Assembly (NCBI RefSeq): GCF_009914755.1
Contig: NC_060948.1
From: the human T2T-CHM13v2.0 reference genome, Homo sapiens
Direction: 5' to 3' (one strand)
DNA length: 64,000 nucleotides
Notes under the pieces: generated by a model
Seen by the model: the letters and a program-made list of their open reading frames with translations, nothing else
Database searches by the model: none
What the model was told of the DNA's origin: nothing
Made by a program: the position numbers and the translations under genes
Part shown: one piece after another, positions 1 through 13,048 of the stretch
How positions within the stretch are numbered: position 1 is the stretch's first letter
Layout of the letters: every line of letters starts with the position of its first letter

Positions 1-2113
1 AATAAAGGGCATCCAATATGGAAAGGAAGAATTTACATTATCCTTTTTTTGCAGATGTTACAATCTTATATTTCGAAAAACCTAAACACCCCACTAAAAA
101 TGATTAGAACTGATAAATGAATTCAGTGAAGTTGCAAGATACAAAATCAACATACAAAAATCAATAGCAAAAATCATTAACAATGAACAATCTGAAAAAG
201 ATTAAAAAACATAATTTTATTTACAATAGCTACAAATAAAATCACATACCTAAGAATTAGTGTAACTAAAAAAGTTATAGATCTCTACAATGAAAACTAT
301 GAAACATTGATGAGAGAAATTGAAGAGGACACCAAAAGATGAAAAGATATTTTATGTTCATGGTTTGGAAGAATCAATATTGTTAACATGTCCATACAAC
401 CCAAAGCAATCTACAGATTTAATGCAATGCCTATCAAAATACCAATAATATTATTCATAGAAATTGAAAAAACAATCATGACATTCATACAAAATCATAA
501 TAGACCCAGAATAGCCAAAGCTATCTTTTTCAAAAAGGACAAAATTGGAGGAATCACATTGTCTGACTTCAAATTATACTACAAACCTATAGTAATGACA
601 ACAGTATGATGCTGAAATAAAAACAAATGCATAGATTAATGGAACAGAATGGAGAATGGAGAACACACCCATTCATCTACAGTGAATACATTTTTGACAA
701 AAGTGCCAAGCACATACAATAGGGAAAGGACAGTCACTCTAATAAATCGTGCTGAAAAAAAATGGACATCCATATGCACAAGAATAATACTAGACCACTA
801 TCTCTCACCATATGCAAAAATTAAATCAAAATGGATTAAGCACTTAAAGCTAAGACTTCTAACTATGAAGCTACAAAATGAAAACATAGGGAAAACTCTC
901 CAGAACACTGGACTGGACAAAGATTTCTTAAGTAAATACCCCACAAGCGTGGGCAACCAAAGCCAAAATGGACAAATGGGATGAAATAATGTTAAAATGC
1001 TTCTGCACAGCAAAAGAAATAATCAACAAAGTGAGAAGATAACTCACAGAAAAGGAGAAAACACTTATAAACTATCCATCTGGCAAGAAATTCATAACCA
1101 GCATATATAATAAGCTCAAACAACTCTATAGGAAAAAATTTAATAATCAAATTTAAAAATGGGCAAAAGAATTGAATAGACATTTCTCAAAAGAAGACAA
1201 ATAAATGGCAAAGAATTGTATGAAAAGGTGCTCAACATCATTGGTAATCAGAAAAATGCAAATCAAAACTACAGTGAGATATAATCTTACTTCAGTTAAA
1301 ATAAATTTAATCCAAAAACAGACAATAACAAATGCTGGCGAGGATGTGGAGCAAAGGGATTCCACCTACACTGTTGGTGAGAATGTAAATTAGTACAACC
1401 ACTATGGAGAACAGTTTGGAGAGTCCTGAAAAAACTAAGACTAGAGCTATCATACCATCCAGCAATCCCACTTGTAGGCATATATCCAATATCAAAGAGA
1501 TATTTGCACACTCACATATACTGCAGGACTATTCACAATAGTCAAAATTTGGAAACAACCTGCGTTTTCATCAACACCTGACCGGATAATGAAAATATGG
1601 TACATATACACAATGAAGTACTATTGAGCCATAAAAAGTAATTAGGTCCTTCCATTTGCAACAAAATGAGTGGAACTGGAAGTCATTATGCTAAGTGAAA
1701 TAAGCTAGGCATAAAAAGATAAACTTCACATATTCTCACTCATTTGTGGGAGTTGAATATTAAAGTAGTTGAACCCTAGGAGACAGAGTGTTGAAGGATC
1801 ATTACCAGAGAATGCGGAGGAACTGGGGATGGTTAACAGGTTCAAAAAGTAGTTAGAAAGGATAAATAAGACCTAGTATTTGACAGCACAACTGGGTGAA
1901 TGTAGGTTATAATAATTTATTGTTAATTTTAACATAACTAAAAGAGTGTAACTGGATTGTTTGTAACAAAAAGGATAAATGATTGAGGTAATAAATAGTT
2001 CATTTACCCTGATGTGATTATTACATATTGTATGCCTGTATCAATATATCTTATGTACTCCATAAATATATAGATCTTCTACATACCCATGAAAAATTAA
2101 AATGAAAAAAAAA
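1..2113 (+). mobile_element. L1 (L1MA1-3-like), 3' half of ORF2 plus 3' UTR and A tail, decayed
   Basis: Degenerate ORF2 peptides ([15 protein letters not shown]; MKRCSTSLVIRKMQIKTT), L1MA-type 3' UTR, A-rich end near 2100-2113. Confidence 0.9.
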
Positions 2114-2542
2114 CCACTTAAAATGTATAATGAAGCACCATATCTGACAATCAACAAAATATGATCATTGATCCTTGGTCAATTATGGTATATGATGTTT
2201 ACATTGTAACTTAAAATCCTTCATGGAAAGTTGTTACTTACATGCAATAGTAGGCCTAATGGAGAAATTTTTGAAATTTGGAAAATTATTCATTTTCTTG
2301 AGGAAATGTGGTTTGGTAGGATAAAACAGAGGCTTGAAAAAGGAAGATTCACAAGTTTGCTCAACTGTGTACAACATAAATGTTTGTGGGTCAGTTTATT
2401 AAGCACATTTAGGGACTAATTTCACCTTTTAAAATTGGTTTATAACTACCCAATTGCATACTTGGCACATAGTGGAGTTAGTAAATAATATATTTTGTCA
2501 TTTTGTTTTACTATTTGTTTTGACAATTGTTGTGATTATTGC

Positions 2543-2640
2543 ACCTTAGTTTTCTGACACATTTGGCGCTGTTTTCTCACTTACAAAAGAAAGGTCATGA
2601 ACTAGACAATTCTTACGGTTCTTACAGATCCAACATTCTC
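2543..2640. mobile_element. MIR/MIR3 fragment
   Basis: Degenerate core resembling cctcagtttcctcatctgtaaaatg...ggactagatgatctctaaggtccc. Confidence 0.45.
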
Positions 2641-2648
2641 ACTGTAGA

Positions 2649-2869
2649 CAATAGGTCAGCAAATCTACTCTGTAAAGAGCCAGAGGGTAGATATTTTTGG
2701 CTCTGTGCACAGATCATCTGTCTTAACTACTTAACTCTGCTATTATGATGTGAAATCAGCCATTGATAATTTATGAACTAATGGACCTGGCTGTGTTCTA
2801 ACAAAGCCACATTTACAAAAACAGTTTATAGGTCAAGTTGGCCTGTGGGCTGAAGTTTGCCTGCCTCTG
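2649..2869 (-). mobile_element. MER58A-like hAT-Charlie MITE
   Basis: ~220 bp with degenerate TIRs (ggtcagcaaa...tttgcctgcctctg); internal sequence resembles the MER58A reverse complement. Confidence 0.75.
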
Positions 2870-3131
2870 TTCCAGGTATTCAAACAGTCAGTAAATTCAA
2901 ATGCCTTTATTTGACAAAATAATTTTGTGTCATCATATTCAACATTAGCTGCTGAGGTCTTTGCAACAATGAGGCTGAAAGTAAGATAATATGACCAATA
3001 GAGAAGGCACTTACTCTCTATGTTGTCACTGAATTATCTTGATTTTGTGGGGTAATAACAAGGAGAGATTATTGTTATACTATGTAACTCTGAAAACAGC
3101 ACTGCTGCCTAGAACCATCACTGCTGGTGCT

Positions 3132-3188
3132 CTTATGATTAAGATTTTCTCTTATGATTAAGATTTGCCCTTATGATTAAGATTTGCG
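3132..3188. repeat. 19-bp tandem repeat x3 (cttatgattaagatttNcN)
   Basis: Three adjacent copies read directly. Confidence 0.95.
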
Positions 3189-3329
3189 GTGATAAACATG
3201 CAGCTACTGTATGGTTGGAAAGCCAGAAAAATTAACAGACAGCATTAAAAAACTATTATACAAAATTAAACATGCTAAAACAAAAGTCATTTAGAATAAT
3301 TACTGAGTCCACAGCAAATTATATATCTC

Positions 3330-3981
3330 TTTCCCATGTTATATTGTTTTGGAAAGTTATAGCATGTATTAGTATTTCATTCCCTTTCATCACAAAATAC
3401 CATCCCATTTATAACTATGTCATATTCCTTTATTCATTAATCAGCTTTTGGACATTTGAGTTGTATACTTTTTTATTATTTTGGAAGATGCTTCTATGAA
3501 GTATCATATCAGGTTTTTGTGTAAGCATAAATGTTCAACTCTCTGGAATGTATAGCTAAGTATTGAAATTGCTGGATCATATACTAATTATATATTTAGC
3601 ATTTAGAAAAATTAAAAAGTAGGTTTCCAAAGTAATTGTACAATTTTCCTATCCCACCAGTTATGTAGAGGAGTTGCAGTTCACCCACATCCTTGTCAAA
3701 ACTTGTTATTGTCTTTTATTATTATAGCCATCTTAGTGCATAACCAGTTTTGGTGCTTGTGAATTTTTCTAATAACTAATGATATTGAACGTCTTTTCAT
3801 GTATTTACTGGCCATTTGCGTAGCTTTGAAGAAATGTTTATTCACATCCTTTGCCCATTTAAAAATGAGTAATTTCTTTTTTTATTATTGAGTTTTCAGT
3901 ATTCTTTATATATTCCAGATACTAGTCTCTTATCAAATATATTGTCTACAAATAATTTCTTACATTTTGTAGGTTGTCTTT
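3330..3981 (-). mobile_element. Old L1M (L1MB-like) 3' region, left part; interrupted by the ERVL provirus
   Basis: Antisense L1 3' ORF2/UTR sequence that resumes colinearly at 13049. Confidence 0.8.
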
Positions 3982-4512
3982 TGTTATATCATCAACTAAT
4001 AACTCTGTTGGTGAGGAAGGAATTCCCTAGAGTTATGGAGATGGCCAAACATATGACTGACTCTTGATAGATGAAATCGAGGGCAGTTTGTTTCTCACAT
4101 ACAAGCACAGCCACAGGAGAAGACACTGCATAACACACAGGACCACACAAGGGTTACATCCAGGAACAGAGTGAACAACCAGGAACTTTGAGAAACAGAT
4201 TTTTTAGTGTGAAGAGGGTGGGATGTCCCCTGTTTGCTGCAGGAGAATGTAATTGGTTTCTTTGCATAATTCTGTAGGCTGGTAGGGCACTGAAATCCAC
4301 TTATCAAGAATATACAGAAACTACTGCTGGTACTTTTCATAACGAGAATTGTTTTTTTCTGTTTTTGTGTGTGTGCATTTTTTTTTTCTGCTTTATCCAT
4401 GGGAGCAGAAGGGGAGGTGAACATGTAGTTAGGCCATTTGAAACACTAATGATGTTACCAGATACCAAGAAGGCACATAATATTGGACCTTTATTTTAGA
4501 CCTTAACCCACA
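3982..4512 (-). mobile_element. ERVL LTR (MER76-like), 3' LTR of provirus
   Basis: TG...CA termini; homologous to 12544-13048; TCTTT TSD at 3977-3981. Confidence 0.8.
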
Positions 4513-5324
4513 ATTGACCTTTGATTCCTTGGTATCAATTTAAACTCAATAATGGCTAAAACTTTTAGGGAGTAGGACAAGTGCATCCCTAGCGAATTTA
4601 GTGCATGAAATAGAGGAAGAAGGCCACATAATGAGGTAGTCATCAAAAAGAATGAATTTTAGAGGTATCTCTCTTTATGTCCAGTAAAAGAAATCGAGGG
4701 ACTTGTGTGACATTGGTGTAGGGAGAGCATGTCTCCAGGGCATGTGATTTGAGATTAATTAATGCCTCTGGCAATAATAACATCCATTGGGGTTCTCTTG
4801 GCCATTTGTCAGTTAACTAGTATCTCTGAGGATTTCATTATACTTCTCAATTAAACTTCTGCTTGAGACCTATAGGTGAAATGTAAAGTCCACTAAATAC
4901 CTTCTTTGAGAACCCAGAATTGTATATTCTGAGAGGTAAAAGTGCCTTGATCATGATCATTAATATCTGGAACTCAAAAAGATAAGTGTCCTGGTAAAGC
5001 CTTGTTTTACAGCCTTAGTAGTCTAGAGATATTCATAAACTTGATTAAAATTTTCGGTATATGTGAGTCAGGAAACTATGAGTGCTTTACCCCAAAGGGG
5101 GAAGCTCCTAGTCAGTGGCCCAGAATTAGTAAAATTTGCAAAACAGGACATTTGTTGGATAGGGCATCCAGTGCCAAGGTGACTACAAGAAGTTTGGCCA
5201 TTTGCATTGATCCTTGGGTCTTGTCCTTTAACAGGGATGTTCTGGTTAAGAATGGAAAGCAGTCACATTTCTCTGAGTTTCATCACCTATCATGGTGGTA
5301 ATATCTGTAAAGTGTTATGAACTT

Positions 5325-6187
5325 TGAAAGAAACCAAAATATTTCACTCCAAAATATATTTCTTTGACATATTTCAAGATGGCTATTTAAAAAGGTTGGA
5401 ATTTGCTGAAATGCTATCTTTTGTGGGAGAGATATGAATCTGTAGAAAAAAATCTCCATTGATGTAGTAAGGCTTTTTCTGAGGGCCTTCTCTTGTTTCT
5501 CATTCATATCTAAGAAATATTAACTGAGAGCCTGAAACTTTTAAAGTTTTGAAAGAAACACTTACCAACTATTCTCTCTAAGGGCCATACCTGTGATGTC
5601 TCATCTACATAACAGACTACTTCTTCTCTCTGTTTAGTATTTGTAATGCCACTATAACCTGTTTTGCCATGATTCAAGCCACCATTTTTTTTTTTTTTTT
5701 TTGAGACAGAGTCTTGTTCTGTCACCCAGACTGGAGTGTAGTAGCATGGTCATAGCTCACTGCAGCCTTGACTTCCCGGGCTCAAGTAATCCTCTTACCT
5801 CAGCCTCCCAAGTAGCTTGGAAGACAGGCACACACCACCATGCTTGACTAATATATATTTTTTATTTTTTGTAGAGACACAGTCTCACTATGTTACCCAG
5901 GCTTGTCTCGAACTCCTGAGCTCAAGCGATCCTCTCACCTCAGCATCCTCAAATGCTGACATTACAGGAGTGAGCCACCACATGTGGTCAAATCCTTTAT
6001 TCTTTTTGTAAACCTCAAGATGCTTTTATAAGCTTATGAACACTATTGGGATTGGGAGTAATCACTCTGTGGTTCTCCCTGAGCATGTTAAAATTGCATG
6101 TCATTTATTCTATTAATCGGCCTTTTGTTTGTTGATTTTTCAGCAAAACTTCGGAGGGCAAAGGGGAAGTTTTCTTTGGCCCTTACA
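5325..6187 (+). mobile_element. MER34-family solo LTR (ERV1), interrupted by AluJ
   Basis: Starts tgaaagaaaccaaaatatttcactccaaaata, ends tggcccttaca; 4-bp TSD ACTT at 5321-5324 and 6188-6191. Confidence 0.8.
5685..5989 (-). mobile_element. AluJ
   Basis: Poly-T followed by antisense Alu dimer with J-type features (tcactatgttacccagg, gagctcaagcgatcctc). Confidence 0.9.
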
Positions 6188-6586
6188 ACTTTTATTATTT
6201 TCACTCAGTTGCTCCCAAGGGGCTCCATAGCCAGTGAAGGTTTCTGGTAGACAGGTTACCTCCTCCAGCACCATAGCATCTGGCCAGGGACTGAGGACAA
6301 GAGAGGTCACTACCTCCAATAGATGAAATGTGCCAGAGGACCCATGTTTGGCTTCATCTTGTGGCAAGTAGGACTTGGTGGCCATGCCAAATTTGTGAGG
6401 TCTCACTTTCATGATCCAAGGCATAACGGGCTTCTAGGTATGCAGGGTTAGGGGCTCAGGATCTGTGAGGGCCTATCTTCTCAGGGAACCCAGTATATGA
6501 CCAGCAATTGCCACTGTAATGGTGCATAGTGCTGAGCCTAATGGGCAGTTTCTCACATCTAAAGCCCAGGACAACTTACATCAAAA

Positions 6587-7312
6587 TGTAACTGCCCAAT
6601 GGGTACTCTTTGCCAGTTGCCTAGACAGAGCTGATTTATCAAGACAAGGAAATTGCAATAGAGAAAGAGTAATTCACACAGAGATGACTGTATGGGAGAC
6701 CAGAGTTTTATTATTACTCAAATCAGTCTCCAGAAAAACTCAGGGACTGGGGTTTTTAAGGACAATTTGATGGGTAGGGGGCCAGTGAGTCAGGAGTATT
6801 GATTGCTAGGGTTTGAGATGAATCACAGGAAGTTGAAGCTATCCTCTTGTGCTGAGTCAGTTCCTGGGTGGGGACCACAAGATCAGATGAGCCAGTCTAT
6901 CGATCTGGGTGTTGCCAGCTAATCTATCAAGTGCAGGCTCTGCAAAATATCTCAAGCACTGATCTTAGGTTTTACAACAGCAATGCTATCCCCAGGAGCA
7001 ATTTGGGGAGGGTCAGAATCTTGTAGACTCCAGCTGCATGACTCTGAAACCATAATTTCTATACTTGAGGCTAATTTGATAGTTCTACAAAGGCAGTCTA
7101 GCTCCCAGGCAGGAAGTGGGTTTTTTTGGGAAAGGGCTGTTATCATCTTTGTTTCAAAGTTAAACTATAAAGTACGTTCCTCCCCAAGTTAGTTTGGCCT
7201 ACACTCGGGAATGAACAAGGACAGCTTGGAGGTTATAAGCAAGGTGGAGTCAGGTGAGATCTCTTTCACTGTAATAATTTTCTCAGTTATAATTTTTGCA
7301 ATGGCAGTTTCA
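6587..7312 (-). mobile_element. LTR8-family solo LTR (ERV1)
   Basis: tgtaactgcccaatggg...gcctagacagagctgatttatcaagac...gcagtttca; TG/CA ends. Confidence 0.8.
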
Positions 7313-7439
7313 TAAAGAATCTCTAGGAGTGCCTGTTGATTTCAATTTGGACATATTCTAGATTCTTTTGTTGGAGAGTCTTCCATTTAAAGTTTGTCAA
7401 TTTTAAAGTCACATAGCAGTAATATTAAGCAAAATTTAT

Positions 7440-8130
7440 AAAGGAGGAATATGTTGCCTCCAGAATCCAAAAATGATCAAAAGATGCTGGACTTTTATAA
7501 ATATTATGGGTGCTGAGAACATGAATAGCTCTTTCTTGACAGTGTCAGGGATGAAGCAATCTTCAGTTCACCAAGTGATTTTTAGAAATTTAACAAAGGT
7601 GGCAGGGCTTTTCACTATATATGGAGCAATGACTTATTTTTTTTGGAAACTCCCTTGTATTTGTATTTCCTTAATCAGCATATCAAACAAACCTTCTCAG
7701 AGGAGAATGTAATCAATGTAATATACTCATGCTCCTGAAAAAAAAGACAGCAGAGTTAATATCTTGCCTACAAAAATTGTGTGTAATGGCAAGGCTACTG
7801 AAATACACCATAGGTAGCATGATACAGGTGTATTGTGTCCCTTCAAAGGGAAAAGTAAACTTCAGCAGAGAGGCATTGAAATAGAAATTGAACAGAACGT
7901 GTTAGCCAAATTTATAATAGGACAATATTTCCCTGTTGCTATTTGGAGGGAGTCAGTATTTTCAGTGATATTGGGCATAGGAGGCCTTAGTGCTATTTGG
8001 AGGGAGTCAGTATTTTCAGTGATATTGGGCATAGGAGGCCTTAGTGGATGAGACCATAACATTAAAGTTGCAGTAATCTGCCATGAGAAACTATTCATTT
8101 TTTCCAGGTTTAAGAGCTGGCCAAATAAGT
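7440..8130 (-). pseudogene. ERVL reverse transcriptase remnant
   Basis: Minus-strand motifs IINLANTFCSI, GTQYTCIMLPMVYFSS, YYIDYILL (YIDD site mutated), IFGFWRQHIP; stops and frameshifts. Confidence 0.85.
7937..8044. repeat. Perfect 54-bp tandem duplication
   Basis: 7937-7990 is identical to 7991-8044. Confidence 0.97.
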
Positions 8131-8181
8131 TGTTAAATGGAAAAGCTGTGGGGATAATTACCTTTTTACTAATTAGGTACT

Positions 8182-8985
8182 TGTGTTCAGATAATAACTC
8201 TCTGACACCAGCTAGGTGTCCTGATATTCAATTCAATTTTGATCATGACTATCTGAAATTAGTGCAGACCCCAAATGTTAAGTCCCACAGACTACCCTCA
8301 CTTTAAATGTCAGTCCCAAGTTCTGGGTGCCACCTGCACTTTCAACTGACCAACTATAAATGTAGGGTTTCCCTTAAATTATGATAATTCACTAGAATTA
8401 CTTACAAAACTCTCAGGCAAGTGTTATATTATGGGTACTGTTGTATTATAAATTACATAAATAAACAGTCAGATGAAGAGATACGTAAGGCAAGGGAGTG
8501 CAGTAGCACAACATTTCTGTCCCGGTGTTGTTGGGGTGTGCCATCCTCCCATTACATAAACATGTTTACCAGGCAAGAAGCTCTCCAAGTCTCATTGTAC
8601 AGAGTTTTTTTTTTTGTTTTTTTGTTTTTTTGTTTTTTTTGGTGGAAGTTTTACCATGTAGGCATGCTTAATTACATCAGTGGCCAAGTTATTTAACTCA
8701 ATCTTCAGCCCTTCTCCCTTCCCTGAAGGTAATAAAGTGGGGTTGAAAATTTTTTTCTGCCTAATCATGTGGTTGGTTTTTCTGGCAACCAACTCCCATC
8801 CTGAAGTTATCTAGGGACCCTGCCATGAGTCACCTTCTTAGCATAAACTCTGGTATGGTCCCAAGGGGCTTTTTAAAAATAACAAAGGACATTTCTATCA
8901 CTCAGGAAATATCAAACATTTTTTGAAACTCTGTGCCAAGAAGGGAGAACAAAAGTCCAAATAGATTTACATTTAATATACTATA
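8182..8985 (-). mobile_element. MER21-family LTR
   Basis: gacaccagctaggtgtcc...ttcaattc...gtcccacagactaccctcactt and 3' ttctatcactcaggaaat...ctctgtgcca segments; ends approximate. Confidence 0.7.
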
Positions 8986-9199
8986 GTCTTATATAATACA
9001 TTTCAATTGTTGAAATGTATTGTTTTAATTTATACTGGGCTATGTTGACTATTTTACCTTGAGGTTTATAGGGTACCATTTTGTCAATCTATTGTATAAA
9101 TGACAGAAACAATTTAATTTTATGATAACTAAGGTGACTTATACCTGTTAATCTTCTATTGTATATTTAGTTAACCCCCACTAAGATTATAGTAGGTAC

Positions 9200-9974
9200 T
9201 GTTATATTAGATAGCTAGTCAGACATGAACAGGGAAGGAGAGGCCCCCACCACTACCAGGAATGTCAGGCAACTATCAGGTGATGGTCAGGTAGTTGTTA
9301 AACTGTTTCTCTAAAATAATAATTGGTCTCAGCTGGCATCAGGGAACGGTAGTCTCCAAATGGATATAGGAAACCTAGGGGCTGGTGATCGGCAGATTCC
9401 TGATGGGACCTTGGGAGCTGGGTGAGTGGGTTCAAGCATATTCACTAAAAGGCAAAATGGCAGAATATAACTGGTATATGACCTCCTAGGGACATTCAAC
9501 TGGTAAAGGAAGAATGTCTCAAGTGAGCATGTATAAAACTCCAATAAATGCACTGCACATGCTCACCTCCCAAGTGCTGGTAGGCCACTTTGCATGTGGA
9601 CAGCCCACCCCAAGGGAAGAACCAGGGGAGAAGGGACCCAAGACCCCAGAAATATACCAACATATAAAACCCCTAGTCAAAAGGTCAAACAGTGCCGTTG
9701 ATCTCTCAAGTCGCCCATTGGCCCTCTTCCAAGCATACACATTTCTTTCTAATACTCTCTAATAAACTTCACTTCTGCTTTAAAATTTGCCTCAGTCTCT
9801 CCTTCTGCCTTATGCCCCTCAGTTGAAATATTGCTTCTGAGGAGGCAAGAATTGAGTTTGTTGCAGACCTGTATGGATTCACTGCCACTAACATACTCTG
9901 GTGCTCCGTGACTCAGATACGTTCTGCTGCTAATATACTTTGGTGCCGTGTGACTCATACATTCTGCTGCTACA
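9200..9974 (+). mobile_element. MER50 solo LTR with extended PBS-containing 3' terminus
   Basis: tgttatattagatagctagtcagacatg...ccaggaatgtcagg...; AATAAA near 9761; GTAC TSD at 9196-9199 and 9975-9978. Confidence 0.85.
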
Positions 9975-10104
9975 GTACTATGTTTAAATTTAATGAGATT
10001 CCCAGGTATAACTGTAATTTGAAACCCAGTATTAAATTTACAAGAGTTTTCCTGTTGGTACATTTTAACAGATGTTACAGTTAATTCACAACTTGTGTTT
10101 TAAA

Positions 10105-11305
<1,201 letters not shown>

Positions 11306-12543
11306 GCACCTGGGATTAAGTCCATTTTTAATTAACCCCTTCATTGTGCCACAGGGGTGACATGGGTCTTTTCTCCTATAACACTAAGGCCAGAACTTTG
11401 TTGAAACAAAGCCATAAACAGAAAAATGGCACAGCAGGTTTTGAGCGTCACAACTCAGATGACAAACATCCTTCCTTTCCTCACATTTTATTTTTATTTT
11501 TTCTCTGCATAAATTTCCTCATAATATTTTGGATTTCTAGCCGTATAAAGTCATGGCTTTCAGTTTCTGTCTCCATCCAATTTTGCATGAGTGGTAACAT
11601 TCTGCATAGTTACAGAGATAGTTTTGGAAGCATGTGGCCTGGACTGCCTCTTAGGCAGCCACCTACTTTCTCCAGGGATTGCCAGTCAATTTGCCTGAGA
11701 TTGAATTCCACCTCTGGTAAGATCATTTTGCCTGTGGCATGGCCAGAGGCCATCAAGCCCCAGTATCACAAGAGTACCCCTTTGATGTGCTTATAAGTAG
11801 CAATATTGAGTAAAACCCAGGTACCTCGGCTAGTTGTTTTGCATTAGAATAGCTTGTTTTTTGATCCTTTCTCATCACCAGCCACCATGGATGTGTACCT
11901 CAATACACTTAGGGTTTAGGAGAATGTGTGCAACAACAGCAAGGCAAGCAGCAGCACAGAAAATATGTGAAGTTGTTACCCTCACCTGAATAACAATGAC
12001 TCTTGTTAAGCACCAGGGTGCCATGTTTGATTCTTCCCAAGGTGGTGATCTCCTTTGTTTTCACAATCCTCACCAAGGTCTATGCCTGGGTCTATCCCAA
12101 GGGTACACAATCACAAAAATGTCTGTATGGATCTCTCCACCAGCCAATGACAGTCACCAGGCTAGACACATTTGACCAGAGAGCTCTAGGCTGATTCTTG
12201 GAAAGTATGACTCAATAGCCAACCAGTTAGGCTGCTGTGTTTTTGCCACCTTTATAGGTGGTAGACTTGAAGACCACCAGAGGCCAAACTCATCTGCACA
12301 TTATGCTGTCGTCAATTAATAACAATTCTTGCCTTTTGTATGAGAGTATTTTAGGGTAGGAAGAGATAGAGACAACAAAGTACCTTAAAAGCCAACATTC
12401 AAAACTAAGATAATCAGAAATTGGCAGTTCTGTCAAAGGCAGCCTTTTCCTACCATGGAACCAGTTAGTTAACGAACAACAGTTAATTAGAACTGACCAG
12501 GTGACCACAGCAATGGTTGGATAATTCTGTTCATGATAGCAAT

Positions 12544-13048
12544 TGTTATAATCACTTTCTACTTAGCTTATTGATGAGAATGGATTCTTACCTGAGAATT
12601 ACGGGGGTGGCCAAACACACAACACCTCTCACTGGACAGTTAAGTTTATTAGTCACACAGACACACAGCGCAGGGTATGAGGGCACTGCCTAGTGTACAT
12701 GGCCACCCAGAGATTACAGTAGGGAATGGAGTGGACAAGCATTGGCTTTGTGAGATAGCCTTTTTAGTAACAGAAGTGTGGGATAACTCCTGATTCCTGA
12801 AGGAAGATGTGATTGGCTAGTTTGAATAATTCTACAGGCTGGCAGTGAACTGAAACTTGCTACTCATGAAAAAGCAAGAATTGCATCTGGTCCACTTACA
12901 GAGGATGATTTGTTTGTCTGGGATACCTTATCCTTGTGAATAGAATAGGGAGGGGAACTTGGAGTTAAGTCATTCAATGTCTGTCTTATTTCCCCATATG
13001 TAAAAGCAGCAAATACTATTGTGACTAAGTTTCAGACCTTACATGACA
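12544..13048 (-). mobile_element. ERVL LTR (MER76-like), 5' LTR of provirus
   Basis: tgttata...tgaca; homologous to 3982-4512; TCTTT TSD at 13049-13053. Confidence 0.8.

Noticed and set aside
9894-9974. CRISPR-like or tRNA gene reading of the short repeats
   Set aside because: The context is eukaryotic, there are no unique spacers, and only an ~18-nt tRNA-complementary PBS is present with no cloverleaf.
11344-11796. 150-aa ORF
   Set aside because: It is antisense to the ERVL gag region, has a non-ATG start and shows no recognisable domain.
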